From Deltaproteobacteria bacterium (GTDB lineage: Bacteria > Desulfobacterota > JACPFL01): a stretch of DNA of 52,478 bases. The position numbers were made by a program, and so were the translations under genes. The first letter of the stretch is position 1. Each line of letters opens with the position of its first letter. This document shows positions 21,679-31,025 of the stretch, piece by piece. The notes beneath the pieces are model-generated. The model had not been told where the DNA came from. It ran no database searches and was given only the letters and a program-made list of their open reading frames with translations. The DNA is taken from contig JACPFL010000094.1 in the NCBI GenBank assembly GCA_016183025.1, positions 1-52,478 of the forward strand. Direction: 5' to 3'.

Positions 21679-21735
21679 CCTCCGCCATCGCTCGGCCGCC
21701 TCAGGACCGATGCCCGTCGCCCCTCTGGTCAGCCG

Positions 21736-21764
21736 TGTATAGCACCCCCCGCCCCGGCCGTCAA
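21736..21764 (-). promoter_or_regulatory. Sigma70 promoter of pyrB operon
   Basis: TTGACG-17nt-TATACA with extended -10 TG. Confidence 0.65.
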
Positions 21765-21775
21765 CCCCGCCCCGG

Positions 21776-22456
21776 TCAGTGGATGAGGTGGGCCAGGCGC
21801 CGCCAGCGCACCACGTGATCGTTCGAGTCCCAGGACCAGTAGATGATGAAGGCCCGCCCCTTCACGGCGGAGAGCTTCACGAACCCCCAGAACCGGCTGT
21901 CATAGCTGTGGTCGCGGTTGTCCCCCATGACGAAGAGCGAGCCGGGCGGGACGACCACGGGACCGAAGTTGTCCCGCGGAGAGGCCGACCGGGGGAGCGG
22001 GGGCGAGTCGTCCTCGAACACCGCCCACGGATCCGGCACCGTCTGCCCGTTCACGAAGATCTTCTTGTTGACGACCTCGACGCGGTCGCCCTCGACGCCG
22101 ATCACGCGCTTGATGAAGTCCTTGTCCGGGTCCACCGGGTACACGAAGACGATGACGTCGCCCCGCGTGGGGTGCTCCAGGGGCAGGACCCGGAGGTCCG
22201 TGAACGGGACCTTGGTCCCGTAGGTGAACTTGTTCACGAGGATGTGGTCCCCCACCTGGAGGGTCGGCTTCATGGACCCCGAGGGGATCTTGAAGGCCTG
22301 CACCACGAAGGTCCGGATGACCAGGGCCAGGAGCAGGGCGATGACGATCGCCTCGCCGTACTCCCGGACCCAGGACTTCCGTCGCGCCTGGGCCTTCTCG
22401 GCCTCCGGCTTCTCCCGGGCCTCCTCGCGGGCGGCCTGCTGCAGCTCGGTCCCCAT
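21776..22456 (-). CDS. lepB: Signal peptidase I
   Basis: FKIPSGSMKPTL, DFIKRVIG, MGDNRDHSYDSRFWG; follows lepA. Confidence 0.96.
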   Translation of the reverse strand: MGTELQQAAREEAREKPEAEKAQARRKSWVREYGEAIVIALLLALVIRTFVVQAFKIPSGSMKPTLQVGDHILVNKFTYGTKVPFTDLRVLPLEHPTRGDVIVFVYPVDPDKDFIKRVIGVEGDRVEVVNKKIFVNGQTVPDPWAVFEDDSPPLPRSASPRDNFGPVVVPPGSLFVMGDNRDHSYDSRFWGFVKLSAVKGRAFIIYWSWDSNDHVVRWRRLAHLIH

Positions 22457-22464
22457 CGGCCGGC

Positions 22465-24264
22465 TCACTCGTGCATCCGCAAGATGGCCAGGAAGGCCTC
22501 CTGGGGAATCCCCACCCGCCCCACCTGCTTCATGCGCCGCTTCCCTTCCTTCTGCCGCTCCAGCAGCTTGCGCTTCCGCGTGATGTCCCCGCCGTAGCAC
22601 TTGGCGGTCACGTGCTTCCGCAGGGGCTTGACGCTCTCCCGGGCGATGACCCGGCTCCCGATGGCCGCCTGGATCACCACCTCGAACAGCTGCCGGGGGA
22701 TCAGCTGGCGCATGCGCTCGGCCAGCTCCCGCCCCCGGTGGTAGGCCTGCTCGCGGGGCACGATGAGCGAGAGGGCGTCCACCGTCTCCCCGTTGACCAG
22801 GATGTCCAGGCGGACCAGGTCCGCCTCCCGGCAGTCCAGGTACTCGTAGTCCATCGAGGCGTACCCGCGGGAGACCGACTTGAGCCTGTCGTAGAAGTCC
22901 ATCACGATCTCGCCCAGCGGGAGCTCGTAGGTCAGCATGACCCGGGTCGCCGTCAGGTACTTCAGCTCCCGCTGCACCCCGCGGCGCCCCTCGCACAGCG
23001 CCAGGATCGGGCCGACGTACTGCTCCGGGAGGTGAATGGTGGCCAGGATGTAGGGCTCCTCGATCTTCGCGATGAACTGCGGGGAGGGCAGCGACGCCGG
23101 GTTCTCGATCTGCACCACCTCCCCGCTGGTCCTGGTCACCCGGTACACCACGGTGGGGGCGGTGGTGATCAGGTGGAGCCCATGCTCCCGCTCCAGGCGC
23201 TCCTGGACCACCCCCATGTGCAGGAGCCCCAGGAACCCGCAGCGGAACCCGAACCCCAGCGCCAGGGAGGTCTCCGGCTCGTAGGTGAACGAGGAGTCGT
23301 TCAGGCGGAAGCGCTCCAGGGTGTCGCGCAGCAGCTCGTACTCGCCGGAGTCCTGCGGGTACAGCCCGCAGAAGACCATGGGCTTGGCGGCCTTGAACCC
23401 GGGCAGCAGCTCGCTGGCCGGGCGGGCGGCCTCGGTCAGGGTGTCCCCGATCCTGGCATCCCGGACCTCCTTGATCCCCGCGAGCACGCACCCGACCTCC
23501 CCCGGGCCCAGGCAGTCCACCTCGACCAGGTCCGGAGCGAGGACCCCCACCCGCTGGACCTCGTAGGTCTTCTGCGTGCCCAGCAGCAGGATCCGCATCC
23601 CCTTGCGAACCTCCCCCTCGACCACCCGGACGAGAACCACCGCGCCCTGGTAGGGGTCGTACCAGGAGTCGAAGACCAGGGCCTTCAGCGGCCCCCCCTG
23701 TCCGGGCGTCGGCGGCGGGATCCGCTGGACGACGGCCTCGAGGACCTCCTGGGTGCCGATCCCCTCCTTGGCGCTCGCCAGGATCGCCCCCGACCCGTCC
23801 AGACCGATGATCTCCTCGATCTCGCGCCGCACCCGCTCGGGGTCGGCGTTCGGCAGGTCGATCTTGTTCAGGACCGGGACGACCTCGAGGTTGTGCTCCA
23901 GCGCCAGGTACACGTTGGCCAGGGTCTGGGCCTCCACCCCCTGCGAGGCGTCCACCACCAGGATGGCCCCCTCGCAGGCCGCCAGGCTGCGCGAGACCTC
24001 GTAGGTGAAGTCCACGTGTCCCGGCGTATCGATCAGGTTGAGCACGTACTCCTCACCGTCCGCCGCCCGGTACCGCATCCGGACGGTCTGCGCCTTGATG
24101 GTGATCCCCCGCTCCCGCTCGATCTCCAGGCGGTCCAGGAACTGGTCCACCCGATCCCGTCCCACGACCGTCCCCGTGAGCTCGAGGAGACGGTCCGCCA
24201 GGGTCGACTTCCCGTGATCGACGTGGGCGATGATGGAGAAGTTCCGAATGAGCCGGGTATCCAT
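22465..24264 (-). CDS. lepA: Elongation factor 4 (LepA)
   Basis: [52 protein letters not shown]. Confidence 0.98.
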   Translation of the reverse strand: MDTRLIRNFSIIAHVDHGKSTLADRLLELTGTVVGRDRVDQFLDRLEIERERGITIKAQTVRMRYRAADGEEYVLNLIDTPGHVDFTYEVSRSLAACEGAILVVDASQGVEAQTLANVYLALEHNLEVVPVLNKIDLPNADPERVRREIEEIIGLDGSGAILASAKEGIGTQEVLEAVVQRIPPPTPGQGGPLKALVFDSWYDPYQGAVVLVRVVEGEVRKGMRILLLGTQKTYEVQRVGVLAPDLVEVDCLGPGEVGCVLAGIKEVRDARIGDTLTEAARPASELLPGFKAAKPMVFCGLYPQDSGEYELLRDTLERFRLNDSSFTYEPETSLALGFGFRCGFLGLLHMGVVQERLEREHGLHLITTAPTVVYRVTRTSGEVVQIENPASLPSPQFIAKIEEPYILATIHLPEQYVGPILALCEGRRGVQRELKYLTATRVMLTYELPLGEIVMDFYDRLKSVSRGYASMDYEYLDCREADLVRLDILVNGETVDALSLIVPREQAYHRGRELAERMRQLIPRQLFEVVIQAAIGSRVIARESVKPLRKHVTAKCYGGDITRKRKLLERQKEGKRRMKQVGRVGIPQEAFLAILRMHE

Positions 24265-24335
24265 GCTCCCCGTACGCCTCGGCGAGGCCGGCAGGTAGAT
24301 AAACGTTGGCCGGGTTCCCCAACCCGGCCGTCATC

Positions 24336-24364
24336 ATTATCACGCAGGGGGTGCCTGTTGTCAA
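24336..24364 (-). promoter_or_regulatory. Sigma70 promoter of lepA-lepB
   Basis: TTGACA-17nt-GATAAT, followed by a perfect 9-bp hairpin (24308-24329). Confidence 0.8.
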
Positions 24365-24382
24365 AAGGAAAAGGCACGCCCG

Positions 24383-25345
24383 TCAGCGGGGGGCGCCGCG
24401 GAGGGCCAACCGCGCCGCGCCGAGGATCCCCGCGTCATCGCCGAGCTCCGCCTGGACGACCCGGACCGTCCCCGAGGCGGCCACGTAAGAGCGGCGGCAC
24501 AGCTCTTCGATCAGCGGGGGCCCCAGGAACGTCCAGGCCTGGCTCACCTGCCCCCCGATCACGACCCCCTGGATGTTGAGCACGTTCACCAGCCCCCCCA
24601 GCGCGATGCCCAGGGCCACGCCGGCCTGGTGAAAGGCCTCCTGTGCCACCCGGTCACCCGCCCTCGCCGCCCTGTGGACGGCCTCGGCCGTGAGCGGCTC
24701 TGCCGCGGCCAGGGCGCTCTCGCTCCCGGCGGCGAGGGCCTCCCGGACCCGGCGCGCGATCCCCCGGCCGGAGGCATACTGCTCGAGGCACCCCCGGTTC
24801 CCGCAGTTACAGGCCGGGCCGCCCGGCTCCACCGTGACGTGCCCGACCTCCCCTGCCATCCCGTCGGCCCCACGCCACAGCCGTCCCTCCAGGATGAGGC
24901 CGCCGCCCACGCCCGTGCCGAGGGTCAAGCAGAGAAAGCTCTCGAAGGCCCGGCCGGCCCCGCGCCACTGCTCGCCCAGCGCTGCCGCGTTCGCATCGTT
25001 GTCCACCACTACCGGAACGGGGAGCTGGCTCTCCAGCCCGGCCCTGACAGGAAACTCCCGCCAGCGCGGGAAGTTGGGGGACGCCACCACCACGCCGGCG
25101 GGGAGGCGGACGATCCCCGGGACCCCCAGTCCCACGGCCTCCACCCGCGCACCGGACCCTCCTGCGTTCCGGACGAGCGCGCGGAGCGCCTCGGCGAGGC
25201 GCTCCAGCAGCGCCTCCTGGGGCGCGTCCCGAAACGCGCCGGAATGGAAGCTCTCCCGGTGCCGGAAGGCCCCGGCGCTGTCCACCACCGCGAGGCGGGC
25301 GTTGGTCCCGCCCAGATCGACCCCGATGACCTGCTCCGCGGCCAC
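24383..25345 (-). CDS. ROK family sugar kinase (glucokinase-like)
   Basis: GVDLGGT, DNDANAAALGE, TLGTGVGGG, GEVGH, CNCGNRGCLE. Confidence 0.93.
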   Translation of the reverse strand: MAAEQVIGVDLGGTNARLAVVDSAGAFRHRESFHSGAFRDAPQEALLERLAEALRALVRNAGGSGARVEAVGLGVPGIVRLPAGVVVASPNFPRWREFPVRAGLESQLPVPVVVDNDANAAALGEQWRGAGRAFESFLCLTLGTGVGGGLILEGRLWRGADGMAGEVGHVTVEPGGPACNCGNRGCLEQYASGRGIARRVREALAAGSESALAAAEPLTAEAVHRAARAGDRVAQEAFHQAGVALGIALGGLVNVLNIQGVVIGGQVSQAWTFLGPPLIEELCRRSYVAASGTVRVVQAELGDDAGILGAARLALRGAPR

Positions 25346-25348
25346 CGG

Positions 25349-26254
25349 TCACTCCGGCCCCGGCCAGGGCCGCCCCCGGCGGAAGGCCTCGACGCTCTGC
25401 CGGAGCCCCTCGGCGAGGGACGTGGCCGGGCGCCAGCCAAGCCACGCCTGCGCCCGACTCGCATCCAGGGCGCTCCGCCGCTGCTCCCCGGCCTTCGGAG
25501 GGCCGTGCACGGCCGGGGTCTGCTGGCCCACCACGGCGCAGAGCTGCCGGTACAGCTCGTTGACCGAGGTCTCTTGCCCGGTCCCGATGTTCACGGGGCC
25601 GACCGCCTCCGGCGCCAGGGCGAGGTAGTCCCGCGTCTGCTCCCCGTCTCCGTTGATCACGGGGGAGCGCCCGGCGAGCAGCCGGTCCGTGAAGATCGCC
25701 ACGACGCCCGCCTCGCCGGCCGGGTCCTGCCGGGGACCGTAGACATTGGCGTAGCGCAGCGCCAGGTACGGCAGCCCATGGAGGCGGTGAAAGACCCGGA
25801 GGTAGTGCTCCCCGATGAGCTTGGACGCGCCGTACGGGCTCACCGGGGCCGGCGTCGCGGTCTCGGGCGTCGGCAGCGCGCACCCCTCGCCATAGATCGC
25901 GCCGCCCGAGGAGGCGAAGACGACCCGGGCGACCCCGTGTCGGACGCAGGCCTCGAGCACGCGCAGCAGCGTCATCACATTGCGCTCCGCATCGAGGGCG
26001 GGCGCGGCGACGGAGCGGCGCACCTCGACCAGGGCCGCGTGCTGGTTCACGACCTCGGGGCGGAAACGCCGGAAGAGATCGTCCAGCGGGGCAGCGCGCA
26101 GGTCCGCCTGGCAGAACTCGGCCCGGGGGTGGACCTGCCCGGGACGTCCGGTGGACAGGTCGTCCAGGACCAGGACCTCGTGCCCGGCCCCCACGTAGGC
26201 GTCCACCACGTGGGAGCCGATGAACCCCGCGCCCCCGGTCACCAGGATCCGCAT
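25349..26254 (-). CDS. NAD-dependent epimerase/dehydratase (UDP-glucose 4-epimerase-like SDR), apparently with an in-frame internal deletion
   Basis: ILVTGGAGFIGSH, SSGGAIYG, PYGASK, RYANVYGPRQ, GDGEQTRDY joined directly to LALAP. Confidence 0.9.
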   Translation of the reverse strand: MRILVTGGAGFIGSHVVDAYVGAGHEVLVLDDLSTGRPGQVHPRAEFCQADLRAAPLDDLFRRFRPEVVNQHAALVEVRRSVAAPALDAERNVMTLLRVLEACVRHGVARVVFASSGGAIYGEGCALPTPETATPAPVSPYGASKLIGEHYLRVFHRLHGLPYLALRYANVYGPRQDPAGEAGVVAIFTDRLLAGRSPVINGDGEQTRDYLALAPEAVGPVNIGTGQETSVNELYRQLCAVVGQQTPAVHGPPKAGEQRRSALDASRAQAWLGWRPATSLAEGLRQSVEAFRRGRPWPGPE

Positions 26255-26376
26255 CGGGCCACCCAGGGGCTCAGCCCGCCGGGCGTGAGACCGGGAGTGG
26301 ACGGGACAGGGCGCGCGGGCGCAGCGCGGCGGTCGAAAGAGGGTCAGCGAACAGGGACAGCATCGAGCACGGGTGG

Positions 26377-26419
26377 GGGGTGGGGGACCCAGGCGGCGCG
26401 CCCGCCCGGGTCCCACCCC
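26377..26419 (-). terminator. Long GC hairpin just after the fbp stop (terminator or mRNA 3' stabiliser; no U-tract)
   Basis: GGGGTGGGGGACCCAGGCGG (26377-26396) pairs with CCGCCCGGGTCCCACCCC (26402-26419), with a 2-nt bulge. Confidence 0.55.
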
Positions 26420-26423
26420 GACC

Positions 26424-27527
26424 CTACTTGTCCTCGCGGACCTTGAAGCGGGTGTCCAGCACCTTCATCTTCTCGACGATCCCGCCGTACTCCAGCTCGT
26501 CGTACGGGAGCATCGCCGCGCCCGAGAAGCCCTGCTGGCGCATCTCGACGGACTTCCGGGCGACGTTGTCGCGGATATGGTCCCAGAACGGGTGGTCGAA
26601 GAGGTCCACCGGCCCGCTGAGCTTGCCCTCGCGCACGCAGAAGCCCAGCGCGCTCACCACCGGCGGCCCGTCGAAGTAGGAGATGGGCGAGTTGCGCTTC
26701 ACGGGCATGAGCGGCATCACGTGGCTCCCCCGCATGCACCCCGCGACGAAGTGCCCGATGCTGTACGGGGAGAGGATCTCGCCCGTCGCCGGGAAGTTGC
26801 CCTGGGCGCGGACGAGCGCCACCGGGTCGTCCTTCCCGGTGTACTTCCCCGCGATGTTGTGCAGGCGGGTGGTCGAGACCGCCGCCGCGATCTGCCCATC
26901 ATGGGTGTGAACCGACTCGATCGAAAAGCGCTGGTTGTCCCGGAGCAGGGCGGCCAGGTCGTACTGGTCCTGCGGCGAGTGCAGCTCGATCAGGCGGTCG
27001 CCCTTGGTGTAGTTCTGGTCCATGATGGTGAACCGGAACCCCCTGGAGAGCGACGGGGAAAGCATGAGGCCGGGGCAGTGCATGGGGTCGGCGAAGCTGA
27101 GGTACAGGGGCAGGTTGTAGGCCCCGGGGTCGGTCTTGTCGGCCATGAACATGACGAAGGGCTCGCCCGGCCGCTCGTCGATCTCCATCTCGGCCACGGC
27201 CGGCCCCATCCCGCGGACATTGCCCGCGAAGGCGTCCTTGAGCAGGTCCTGCCCGGCCCCGTACAGTCCCTGGTCCTTGGCGACCTTGGTGGCCGCCATG
27301 AAGGCGTCAAACCCGAGCTTGTGGATCCGCTCGCTGTTCACCCCCTCCCGGTGGGTGAACAGGATGGAGATGTCGTCCCCTGTCGACCCGAGGTAGAAGT
27401 CCAGGACCAGGCTCCCCTTCACCGCCCCCACCATCTCGGCGATCCGGTCCAGCATCTCCCGGCTCGGCGTCACGTGCCCGCCGATGCTTCCCACATCTGC
27501 CTTGATGATGCTCAGGGTGATTCTCAT
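26424..27527 (-). CDS. fbp: Bifunctional fructose-1,6-bisphosphate aldolase/phosphatase (class V FBPase)
   Basis: IKADVGSIGGH, GDDI, GLYGAGQDLLKDAFAGNVRGMGP, DKTDPGAYNLP, GKYTGKDDP, MRGSH, FDGPP, ELEY. Confidence 0.93.
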   Translation of the reverse strand: MRITLSIIKADVGSIGGHVTPSREMLDRIAEMVGAVKGSLVLDFYLGSTGDDISILFTHREGVNSERIHKLGFDAFMAATKVAKDQGLYGAGQDLLKDAFAGNVRGMGPAVAEMEIDERPGEPFVMFMADKTDPGAYNLPLYLSFADPMHCPGLMLSPSLSRGFRFTIMDQNYTKGDRLIELHSPQDQYDLAALLRDNQRFSIESVHTHDGQIAAAVSTTRLHNIAGKYTGKDDPVALVRAQGNFPATGEILSPYSIGHFVAGCMRGSHVMPLMPVKRNSPISYFDGPPVVSALGFCVREGKLSGPVDLFDHPFWDHIRDNVARKSVEMRQQGFSGAAMLPYDELEYGGIVEKMKVLDTRFKVREDK

Positions 27528-27565
27528 GTGCTCACCCCCCCTCCTCACCCGACGATCCAGGGGAC

Positions 27566-27594
27566 GGTGTACCAGACTTTCGCCATCTCGTCAA
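27566..27594 (-). promoter_or_regulatory. Sigma70 promoter upstream of fbp
   Basis: TTGACG-17nt-TACACC with extended -10 TG; GAGGAGG RBS downstream. Confidence 0.55.
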
Positions 27595-27635
27595 CCTCCA
27601 ACCGGCTCGCCGCAGCGAGAAGGACCCGCGGCAGC

Positions 27636-29723
27636 CTAGCGGGGGGCCCCGCTCCCCAAGGAGCCGAGCCCGCGCAGGGTGAAGGTGAAGGCGAACTCCG
27701 TGTCGTTGGGCCGTTTGCGGTCGATGATCGAGAAGCCGAGCTCCCAGCAGCCGCACCGCGAGTGCAGCTTGAGGCGGTAGATCGACTGCAGGAACCGGCT
27801 GGCGGTGTAGGAGTACGGGCTCTCGTAGGCAAACGCCAGCAGGTCGGCCAGCCGGAGCTGGAAGCGCGGGGAGAGCTGGTTGATGTTGTCGGGCTTGGAG
27901 TAGCGGTAGTCCACCGAGGCGGCGTGGCCCAGCGGGTGCCGGTAGCTGAGGAGGGCGTCGTAGGCGACGATGTGCCCCTTGGTGTGGCTGTAGCTCCCGC
28001 CGATGGTCGCCGAGAGGTCGTCCGCGGGGTTCGCCACGAGCTGCCCTGTCAGGTTCTGGAGCGGCTGGCGGCCGCCGGCCGGAGGGGGCTGGACCTCCAG
28101 CTGCGTGAAGGCCACCGGCTGAGAGAAGGCGAGCCGCCCCAGCTCGCGGACCGGCGCTCCAGGGGCGCCGGCGAGCCGCCCCTGCAGCCGGTTGGTCAGC
28201 CCGACGGTCAGGAGGTTCGTGCGGGGGACCCGGTCCACGTCGTCGAACTCGGGCAGGCTGCGCTGGGAGATGGTCGGGATGAAGCTGTAGGTGACGCTGG
28301 GCTCGACGGAGTGCCGGAGCCGCTCGAACGCCCCGCCCGCCAGCGGGTAGATGCGCTCCAGGCTGGTGAGGACGCTCAGATCGGCCTGCACGAGCTGCCG
28401 ATGCTGGAACCCGCTGATGCCCTGGCTGGTCTCGTACATCGTCTCGCGCAGGCGCAGGCCCGGAACCACGTCCAGCACCCCGAGGGGCTGGGTCACCCAC
28501 GAGAGCCCCGGGAGGATGTCCAGTCGCTGTCCCCGCAGGCCGCGGTCTCGCTCGAAGTGCGTGAAGGAGGAGTCGAGGTTGTAGTAAAGCGGGCCGCCCT
28601 CGATGGCCTGGCGCACCCGCGTGTAGGTGATCCGCGGCAGCGTGTGCAGCACCGGGGCCTGGTCGGGCAAGGTGAGGTCCCGGAAGTACGTGAACTGTGT
28701 CACCAGGGAAGAGCCCTCCGCCGCCTTGGCCACAATGACCTGGGAGCGGAGTTGGGGGGCGGCGGCGTCGAACCCGTCCCGGCTGAAGTCGGAGACGTAC
28801 TCGTTGTCGCTGACCAGGTTCAGGTCCACCTTCGCCGTGGTGCCGTCGGGGAAGGGCTGATCGTGACGGGACCGCAGCGCCCATCGGGTCCGCTCCCGCC
28901 GGGCGTCGTCGAGCCAGAAGACGTTGGTCTGCCCCTCGACCTGCCCGGCGAGGGCGTATCGAAACTCCCCCCCCCACTTCACCCCCCGCTTCGCCAGGTA
29001 CTCGGGGGACAGGGTCGCATCGGTCTGGTCGGAGATGGCCCAGTAGACCGGGAGCTCCAGGGACAGGCCGTGTCGCTTGGACTGGGAGAAGTGCGGCGTC
29101 AGGAGCCCGCTCTGCCGGTCACGCTTGATGGGAAAGACCCCGTAGGGGAGGTAGAGCACGGGGACGTCCAGGAGGCGGAACGTCGCGCCCGTGACGAAGG
29201 CGTACTCGTTCAGGATCACGTCCACCTCCCGCCCGGTGATCACCCAGGTCGGTCGGCGCCCCAGCTCGCAGCCGCAGGTCGTGAGCGCGCCGTCCGTGAG
29301 CCGATAGCTCTCGCGCCCCGTCTTCTCGATCCGTGGCCCGGTGATCCGGTAGTGCTCCTTCTCCAGGATGAGGGTACCGTCGACGATCACCCCGCGTTCG
29401 GTGTTCAGGTTCAGGGTCAACTCCTCGGCGAAGAGGAGGTCCGTGCCCTGCTGGAGCACGACCCCCCCCCGGGCCCGCGTCTCGCCCGTCAGGGCCTCCA
29501 GGGTCACCTCGTCGGCCTTCAGGATCAGCCCGCGGGTCTCGATCTCGACCCGGCCCGCGGCGTGGTAGGTGTCCGTGTCCCGGTCGAAGGTGAGGGCATC
29601 GGCCCGGACGCGGACCTCCTCCCCCGCGACGCGGAGCTGGGCGCGCGCGGGGTCCGGGACGAGCGCCCCGAGGAGGAGGATGGACAGGAGCCACCATCCC
29701 GGCAGGCGTCGCGGTCGGATCAC
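27636..29723 (-). CDS. lptD: LPS-assembly protein LptD
   Basis: Signal peptide, OstA-like N-terminus, LTTCGC, PVLYLPY, RQSGLLTP, PVYWAI, VSDNEY, CGCW and terminal FTLRGLG. Confidence 0.9.
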   Translation of the reverse strand: MIRPRRLPGWWLLSILLLGALVPDPARAQLRVAGEEVRVRADALTFDRDTDTYHAAGRVEIETRGLILKADEVTLEALTGETRARGGVVLQQGTDLLFAEELTLNLNTERGVIVDGTLILEKEHYRITGPRIEKTGRESYRLTDGALTTCGCELGRRPTWVITGREVDVILNEYAFVTGATFRLLDVPVLYLPYGVFPIKRDRQSGLLTPHFSQSKRHGLSLELPVYWAISDQTDATLSPEYLAKRGVKWGGEFRYALAGQVEGQTNVFWLDDARRERTRWALRSRHDQPFPDGTTAKVDLNLVSDNEYVSDFSRDGFDAAAPQLRSQVIVAKAAEGSSLVTQFTYFRDLTLPDQAPVLHTLPRITYTRVRQAIEGGPLYYNLDSSFTHFERDRGLRGQRLDILPGLSWVTQPLGVLDVVPGLRLRETMYETSQGISGFQHRQLVQADLSVLTSLERIYPLAGGAFERLRHSVEPSVTYSFIPTISQRSLPEFDDVDRVPRTNLLTVGLTNRLQGRLAGAPGAPVRELGRLAFSQPVAFTQLEVQPPPAGGRQPLQNLTGQLVANPADDLSATIGGSYSHTKGHIVAYDALLSYRHPLGHAASVDYRYSKPDNINQLSPRFQLRLADLLAFAYESPYSYTASRFLQSIYRLKLHSRCGCWELGFSIIDRKRPNDTEFAFTFTLRGLGSLGSGAPR

Positions 29724-31021
29724 CGCACCCCGGCCGCCGGCTCCGCGGACGTCTCCCCGAGCAGCCAGGCCCGGGCCTCACCGACCACGTAGAGGGAGCC
29801 GGTCACGCAGATGAGGTCGGCCGGACCGGCCCGCGCGAGGGCCTGGCGCAGGGCGTCGGGGACCGTCGGGCAGCACGTCAGCCGGCGGGCGAGCGGGGCC
29901 GCGTGCTCGCGGAGGAGCTCCAGGTCCGCGGCCCGTGCCGCCCGGGCGCGGCAGAGCCACAGCTCGTCGCTGAGCGGGGCCAGCACCCCGAGGATGCCCG
30001 GGATGTCCTTGTCCTCGAGGATCCCGATGACGAGCAGGAGGCGGTGGTACCGGAACTCTTCCCGCAGGGAGCACCGGAGCGCCTCGGCCCCATCCGGATT
30101 GTGGGCCCCGTCCAGCAGCACGGTGGGGCGCTGGCGGAGCACCTCCAGGCGGCCGGGCCAGATGACCTCCCGGAGCCCCTGGCGGACCGCGGCATCGGAG
30201 ACCGGCAGGCCCTCTTGCGCCAGGCATTCCACGCCGGCCACGGCCAGGGCGGCGTTCCAGACCTGGTGACGCCCCCGAAGGTTCAGCTCCAGGTCGCGCA
30301 GGGTCCAGCTCCGACTCCGGTAGTGGAAGCGGCCGGACCCGGCCGGCTCGGCGGCGATCGCGTCCCCCAGCACGGACAGGGGCGCCCCGCGCTCCGCACA
30401 GGTCTCCTCGATGACCTCCAGGCCCTGGTGCGGACGGGCTCCCGTGAGCACGGGCACTCCGGGCTTGATGATCCCCGCCTTCTCGCGGGCGATCTCCTCG
30501 ACGGTCTTGCCCAGGTACTGCAGGTGGTCGAGCCCCACGTTCGTGATGATGGCCGCGGCCGGGCGCACGACGTTGGTCGCGTCCAGGCGCCCGCCGAGCC
30601 CCACCTCGAGCACGGCGACGTCCACGCGCTCCCGGGCGAAGTGCACGAGCGCCATGGCGGTCGTGAACTCGAAGAAGGTCGGGCGCAAGGCCTCCTCCCT
30701 CTCGGCCGCCGCGCGGACGGCGTCGGCCAGGGCCACGGCCTGGGCCTCAGGGATCGGGCGGTGGTCCACCTGGATGCGCTCGGTGAAGGCCGTCAGGTGC
30801 GGGGAGGTGTACAGGCCGACGTGGAGTCCCGCGGCCCGGAGGATGGCCCCGGCCATGGCCGCGGTGGACCCCTTGCCGTTGGTCCCTCCGATATGCAGGA
30901 CCGTCAGGGCGCGATGGGGATTGTCCAGGGCCTCGAGGAGCCGGGCGATGTTGTGGAGCCCCAGCTTGATGCCGAACCGCTGCAGCCCGTAGAGGTAGGC
31001 CAGCGTGTCCCGGTAGGACAT
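29720..31021 (-). CDS. folC: Folylpolyglutamate/dihydrofolate synthase
   Basis: HIGGTNGKGS, YTSPHL, TFFEFTT, EVGLGGRLDATN, WPGRLE, DGAHN, GSLYVVG. Confidence 0.97.
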   Translation of the reverse strand: MSYRDTLAYLYGLQRFGIKLGLHNIARLLEALDNPHRALTVLHIGGTNGKGSTAAMAGAILRAAGLHVGLYTSPHLTAFTERIQVDHRPIPEAQAVALADAVRAAAEREEALRPTFFEFTTAMALVHFARERVDVAVLEVGLGGRLDATNVVRPAAAIITNVGLDHLQYLGKTVEEIAREKAGIIKPGVPVLTGARPHQGLEVIEETCAERGAPLSVLGDAIAAEPAGSGRFHYRSRSWTLRDLELNLRGRHQVWNAALAVAGVECLAQEGLPVSDAAVRQGLREVIWPGRLEVLRQRPTVLLDGAHNPDGAEALRCSLREEFRYHRLLLVIGILEDKDIPGILGVLAPLSDELWLCRARAARAADLELLREHAAPLARRLTCCPTVPDALRQALARAGPADLICVTGSLYVVGEARAWLLGETSAEPAAGVR

Positions 31022-31025
31022 GCGT

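Noticed and set aside
21620-21688. pyrB N-terminal extension from ATG 21688 as the main start
   Set aside because: It runs through the terminator hairpin and T9 tract and is not ATCase-like; homology begins near GTG 21619
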